Assembly: GCA_044368015.1 (NCBI GenBank)
Contig: JBIPLF010000001.1
Coordinates: 10,939-74,938, forward strand
Source: Rickettsiales bacterium
GTDB lineage: Bacteria > Pseudomonadota > Alphaproteobacteria > Rickettsiales > RI-342
Direction of reading: 5' to 3'
DNA length: 64,000 nt
Below the pieces are notes generated by a model that was not told where the DNA came from, made no database searches, and saw only the letters and a list, made by a program, of their open reading frames with translations. Both the position numbers and the translations under genes were made by a program. Below are positions 59,876 through 64,000 of the stretch, in pieces; the stretch's first letter is position 1; every line of letters starts with the position of its first letter.

Positions 59876-60210
59876 CGTCACGGCGAGGAATCGCAGACGA
59901 CGACCCGCTGCGCCAGCGCTAGCGCGGCGAGAGCAATCCAGAAAAGCATCTGTTCTCTATTACTTTCTACACCGCTCTGAGCGTTTCACCTCCCCCTCTG
60001 ATGGGGGAGGTCGGCGAGCAGCGTGAGCATCGCGAATCGCCAGCGAGACCGGGAGGGGGTGACGCAATGGTAGCAGTCACCCTCCCTCGGAATCGTGGAC
60101 GATTCCGCCCCCTCCCATTCAGGGAGGGGTGAAGAGAGGAGTCTGACAATCATCAGAAAACACTATATTTGCTGGATTGCCGCGCTCGCGTTAGCTCGCT
60201 CGCAATGACG
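59876..60210. repeat. Nested repeat: family-1 palindromic element whose loop is occupied by a family-2 MITE-like element (59985-60133)
   Basis: The left arm is CGTCACGGCGAGG...GAGCAATCCAG (59876-59941). The right arm is CTGGATTGCCGCGCTCGCGTTAGCTCGCTCGCAATGACG (60172-60210). The interior 59985-60133 matches 21591-21737. Confidence 0.75.
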
Positions 60211-60228
60211 GTTCGCTAACCCACCCCG

Positions 60229-61527
60229 TTACGCCGCTTTGCGCTTAGAAACCGGCTCATAGGAGCGCGGCTCAGACCCGGTAAAGAGCTGACGCGGACG
60301 ACCAATTTTCTGCTTTGGATCCTCCATCATTTCTTTCCATTGTGCCACCCAGCCAACGGTACGCGCCACCGCAAACAGCACGGTGAAGAGTTCGGTGGGG
60401 ATGCCCATCGCCCGGTAGATGATACCGGAATAGAAATCCACATTCGGGTAGAGCTTGCGTTCGATGAAATACTCGTCTTCCAGTGCAATCCGCTCCAGCT
60501 CCATAGCGATGTCGAGCAGCGGCTCGTTTTTGATGCCCAATTCGCTGAGCACCTGCTTGCAGGTTTCGCGCAACACGTTGGCACGCGGATCGTAATTCTT
60601 ATACACACGATGCCCAAAACCCATCAGGCGGAAGGGGTCGTTCTTATCCTTCGCCCGCTTGATGCAATCGGCGACATTATCCTTATGCCCGATCTCGGTG
60701 AGCATCTTAATCACCGCTTCGTTGGCGCCCCCATGCGCCGGTCCCCACAGCGAGGCGATCCCCGCCCCGATACAGGCAAAGGGATTGGCTCCCGAAGAAC
60801 CCGCCAGCCGCACGGTGGAAGTAGAGGCGTTCTGCTCGTGATCGGCGTGGAGAATCAGCAGCTTATCCATTGCATCGGCCAGCACCGGACTCACCTTATA
60901 CGGCTCGCACGGCGTGGAAAACAGCATATGCAGGAAGTTCTCGGCAAAGCCCAATTCGTTACGCGGATAAATGAAGGGCTGACCAATGGAATATTTGTAG
61001 CACATAGCGGCGAGCGTCGGCATTTTGGCGATCATGCGATAGGCGGAAAGTTTCCGCTGTTCCGGATCCGCAATGTCCAGACTGTCGTGATAGAAGGCGG
61101 AAAGCGACGCGGTCGCCCCTACCAGAATCGCCATCGGATGCGCCCGGCGAGGGAACCCACGGAACATGAATTGCAACTGCTCATGCACCATCGTGTGCAG
61201 GGTGATTTCACGGTCAAAACTGGTTTTGGTTTTCGCATCGGGCAGATCGCCATAGAGCAGCAGGTAAGCCACTTCCAGAAAATCACTCTTTTCCGCGAGG
61301 TCGGCGATGTCATAGCCACGGTAACGCAAAATCCCCTCATCGCCATCGATATAGGTAATGGCCGACTCGCAGGACGCCGTGGACAGGAAACCGGGATCAT
61401 AGGTAAAATGCCCCGTTTCGCCATACAGCTTGCTGATGTCAATGACGCTGGGGCCTTCGACCGCATCATAGATAGGGAAATCGTAGGATGCGCTTCCAAT
61501 ACTCAAGGTTGCTTTTTTCTCGCTCAT
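60229..61527 (-). CDS. gltA: Citrate synthase (type II, hexameric class)
   Basis: 432 aa with [25 protein letters not shown] and [15 protein letters not shown]. Confidence 0.96.
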   Translation of the reverse strand: MSEKKATLSIGSASYDFPIYDAVEGPSVIDISKLYGETGHFTYDPGFLSTASCESAITYIDGDEGILRYRGYDIADLAEKSDFLEVAYLLLYGDLPDAKTKTSFDREITLHTMVHEQLQFMFRGFPRRAHPMAILVGATASLSAFYHDSLDIADPEQRKLSAYRMIAKMPTLAAMCYKYSIGQPFIYPRNELGFAENFLHMLFSTPCEPYKVSPVLADAMDKLLILHADHEQNASTSTVRLAGSSGANPFACIGAGIASLWGPAHGGANEAVIKMLTEIGHKDNVADCIKRAKDKNDPFRLMGFGHRVYKNYDPRANVLRETCKQVLSELGIKNEPLLDIAMELERIALEDEYFIERKLYPNVDFYSGIIYRAMGIPTELFTVLFAVARTVGWVAQWKEMMEDPKQKIGRPRQLFTGSEPRSYEPVSKRKAA

Positions 61528-61685
61528 GGCGGTGCCTCTTTAACGCTGGGTTAGGCGGCGACCATGCAACAGGCCACCGTGATAATGGCACTATAGGCAT
61601 CAGAATGTTAAGGAGAAGTAAAGGCGGCTTTTTGCCTGTGTTGCATCGCACAATGGGGCAGGCAGCGTGGCGGGAAGGATGCAAA

Positions 61686-62240
61686 TTAGCCCAGCATCAT
61701 CCCTGTTCCGGCCTCAGCATCGGAGAGCAACGGAAACCGGCGGCTGTCAAACAACTGATAATGCCACCATTCATTGCGGTAGAAATCCCACCCCGCCGCC
61801 GACATGATGCCGAGCAACAGAAAGCGGTTTCGTTGCGCCTCCGGTGACACCTCCGTATTGCGATGGTGCGACAGCGGGGTGAAGGCATCGAACGGCGTTC
61901 CCATATCCAGCTCCACCCCGTCGGGTGTGGCGAGCGTCAGATCCACCGCCACCCCGCGGGAATGCGGTGATCCGCGGTTGGGATCGGCGAGGAATTCGGG
62001 ATCCGGCGTGTGCTCCCACAATTTCCACTGCGCTTCGGTCGGGCGATAGGCATCGAAAATCAGCAGCTTCAGCCCCAGCGCTGACGCGGAATCCCGCGCA
62101 CGCAGCAGGGCTTCCGCTGCCTCTGGATGCAGATAACACCCCGCCCGCGCATAGACGGGCTTACCGGTGAAATTATCGGGCGTCGCATAGGCGATACGGA
62201 TGAAGAGATCGTGATCGGATTCGGTGAGCGGGGTGAGCAT
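61686..62240 (-). CDS. ddpX: D-alanyl-D-alanine dipeptidase (M15D, VanX/DdpX-like)
   Basis: L.IFDAYRP, SPHSRGVAVDLTL and E.WHY; 184 aa. Confidence 0.85.
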   Translation of the reverse strand: MLTPLTESDHDLFIRIAYATPDNFTGKPVYARAGCYLHPEAAEALLRARDSASALGLKLLIFDAYRPTEAQWKLWEHTPDPEFLADPNRGSPHSRGVAVDLTLATPDGVELDMGTPFDAFTPLSHHRNTEVSPEAQRNRFLLLGIMSAAGWDFYRNEWWHYQLFDSRRFPLLSDAEAGTGMMLG

Positions 62241-62379
62241 AAGGGACAGAGTTTCGGAATCTTAGAATTTTGGGTGTGTGGAGCATCAGTATCGGACTGG
62301 AAATGACGTATCTCTGAGGTTCCTGTCCTTTTCACGGATATAAAAACCTCCTATTCTAAATCTCCAAAATTCTAAAATT

Positions 62380-63045
62380 CTAGCGCCCCTGCGCTCCCGC
62401 CGCCTTCACCAGCTTGGCGACTTTGGTTTCCATGCGCTCGATCAGGTAATCCACCCCCTGACGCGCCGCCACAGAGGTAAACTCCGAACGTTGTGTGGTC
62501 AACTGGCTAATGCCCTCCACCACCACGTCATACACCTTGAACCCACCCTTGGGCGTCATCCGCAGCAGGTACAGCACCACCAGCGGCTGTTGCCCTTTAC
62601 GCAGAATACGGGTCTCCACCTGATACTCTCCGGCGCGCAACGGCTTGGTCTGCCCCATCTCGAAGGTTTCGCCGGTATATTCCACAAAGCGCGACGCATA
62701 GGTGCGCGCCAGAAACTCCGGATAGGTTTGCATGTAGCGGGTTTTTTGCGCCTCGCTGGCGGTGCGCCAATACTGACCCAGTACAAATTTGCCAATCCAG
62801 GGCGTATCGACATGGGTGCGGAACATATCGACCAGCGTTTCTTCCTTCGCGGCATCGGTCATGCTCTGGGTATTCAGCACGTCCAGAATGCGATGTCCCA
62901 TCGTGTCGATAAAGCGTCCGGCATCCTTACCCTGCGTCGTCACCGGCGCAGCAAAAGACGCTCCGGCCAGCAGCGAGCCACAGAACAAGGTCAAAGCGAG
63001 GAAAACAACCCTAGCGAGAGACAGGAGCGGAAACCGGGTTCCCAT
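62380..63045 (-). CDS. mlaC: MlaC/Ttg2D-family phospholipid-binding periplasmic protein
   Basis: Signal peptide, then F.D......+...+LG.YWR.AS..Q...+...F..+L...Y...+..Y.GE.F, then YL+R....G+KVYDV.VEG+S. Confidence 0.8.
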   Translation of the reverse strand: MGTRFPLLSLARVVFLALTLFCGSLLAGASFAAPVTTQGKDAGRFIDTMGHRILDVLNTQSMTDAAKEETLVDMFRTHVDTPWIGKFVLGQYWRTASEAQKTRYMQTYPEFLARTYASRFVEYTGETFEMGQTKPLRAGEYQVETRILRKGQQPLVVLYLLRMTPKGGFKVYDVVVEGISQLTTQRSEFTSVAARQGVDYLIERMETKVAKLVKAAGAQGR

Positions 63046-63718
63046 TGCGAATCATACTTTCCCGATATTGGTGATACCCGCTGCGAATGGTTGCATACGG
63101 ATCGAGGGAGGTTTCCTCGATTTCGTCGAGAATGTCAAGCACCTGCACACGCCCATCCACCACCTCTACCCCCTTACGCGCAACCTGAAATTCCCAGTGC
63201 CCCGCATAGGAGAAGGGGTCCATCAATGAATCGGCCACCTTGCCCACCAGATCACGTCCGTTGGACGGCCCAAGCAGCGGCAACACCAGATACGGCCCAC
63301 TGCCGATCCCGTGCGCCCCGAGTGTCTGGCCAAAATCCTCTTTCCGTGCTTGCAAGCCGCCATCTTTCGCGACATCCAACACCCCGGCAAGCCCTACCGT
63401 GCTGTTGATGGTGAACCGCCAGAAAGCCCCAAACGCATTTTCCACATCGCCCTGAAGCAAACTATTAGCAAACACCAGTGGAAGCGCCAGATTGCCCACC
63501 GCATTATGCACACCGGTTTGCACCGGCTTCGGCAACACATCGCGATACACCACCGCCACCGGACGCACCACCGCCTTATCCACTGCCATGTTGAAACGGT
63601 AAATGCCCCGATTCACCGTCTCCAGCGGATCATAGGCTTCGTCCACGGTGCCGCAGCCTGCCAGCAGGAATCCCGCCAGCACCATTCCTGTATAACGCGC
63701 ACAAAAAGCTTTCATCAC
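63011..63718 (-). CDS. mlaA: MlaA/VacJ-family outer-membrane lipoprotein
   Basis: Lipobox LLAGCG, then DPLE..NR..+.FN...D......P+A..Y....P......V.N...NL..P....N.LLQG. Confidence 0.85.
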   Translation of the reverse strand: MMKAFCARYTGMVLAGFLLAGCGTVDEAYDPLETVNRGIYRFNMAVDKAVVRPVAVVYRDVLPKPVQTGVHNAVGNLALPLVFANSLLQGDVENAFGAFWRFTINSTVGLAGVLDVAKDGGLQARKEDFGQTLGAHGIGSGPYLVLPLLGPSNGRDLVGKVADSLMDPFSYAGHWEFQVARKGVEVVDGRVQVLDILDEIEETSLDPYATIRSGYHQYRESMIRNGNPVSAPVSR

Positions 63719-63831
63719 ATCGGCTACCTATCACGGGTTTAAACGCCTGCCAAGCATGAAGCGAAATTGCTTGACAAAGCCTTAACAAAAACCACCCTTC
63801 GCGTGCTAAAATCACCACAGAGGGTTTTCTA

Positions 63832-64000
63832 ATGTTGCCGATACTCCTCATCCCCGCCCGCCTCGCCGCGCAACGCCTTCCCAACAAACCACTCGCTGAT
63901 ATCCACGGCAAGCCGATGATTCAGCATGTGTGGGAGCGGGCCGTGGCCGCCGATGTCGGCCCAGTAGCGGTGGCCTGCGGTGACCGCGAGATTGTAGACG
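63832..64000 (+). CDS. kdsB: 3-deoxy-manno-octulosonate cytidylyltransferase (CMP-KDO synthetase), N-terminal fragment at window edge
   Basis: MLPILLIPARLAAQRLPNKPLADIHGKPMIQHVWERA matches the KdsB N-terminus (IPAR..S.R.P.KPL..I.GKPMI.HV.ERA). Confidence 0.85.
   Translation, partial: MLPILLIPARLAAQRLPNKPLADIHGKPMIQHVWERAVAADVGPVAVACGDREIVD

Overview
The window looks like a GC-rich (about 60%) chromosomal segment from an alphaproteobacterium. Supporting markers are a Ros/MucR regulator, an Irr-like Fur protein, OlsB, the aa3 oxidase genes ctaC-ctaD-ctaB, and CpaE/CpaF/TadB/TadC. Most genes are housekeeping: gyrB, recF, pgsA, pheA, uvrB, fumC, folC, dapE, alr, dnaB, argG, nadE, gltX, gltA, kdsB, tldD, phoU, a 7-gene Mrp/Mnh antiporter cluster and one tRNA-Lys(UUU). 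Accessory content includes two higBA modules (one higB frameshifted in a homopolymer), a relBE-type module, a low-GC secreted PL7 alginate-lyase/CBM32 gene, a histidine decarboxylase plus ACT-domain pair, and several orphan proteins. No CRISPR array, IS or phage gene, or recognisable defence operon was seen. Two observations look least explained by standard annotation. (1) Several interspersed repeat families occur. One is a composite element made of tandem heptamers (TGAATCC/TGAACCC, CTGGCAA, GTGGTAA, CTCAACC) and GC-rich palindromes (CCCTCTCCC..GGGAGAGGG). It sits in-frame inside conserved genes (two mnhD-like genes, folC, nadE, a TPR protein and a pilin leader), much like Rickettsia palindromic elements. 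(2) Three dispersed, closely related type IVa-style prepilin genes (G|FTLVEL) occur. One lies just upstream of a stripped-down Tad-type cluster (cpaE-cpaF-tadB-tadC) that has no Flp pilin, secretin or peptidase here and overlaps uvrB. All functional calls come from motif and family recognition by eye. No database search was run.
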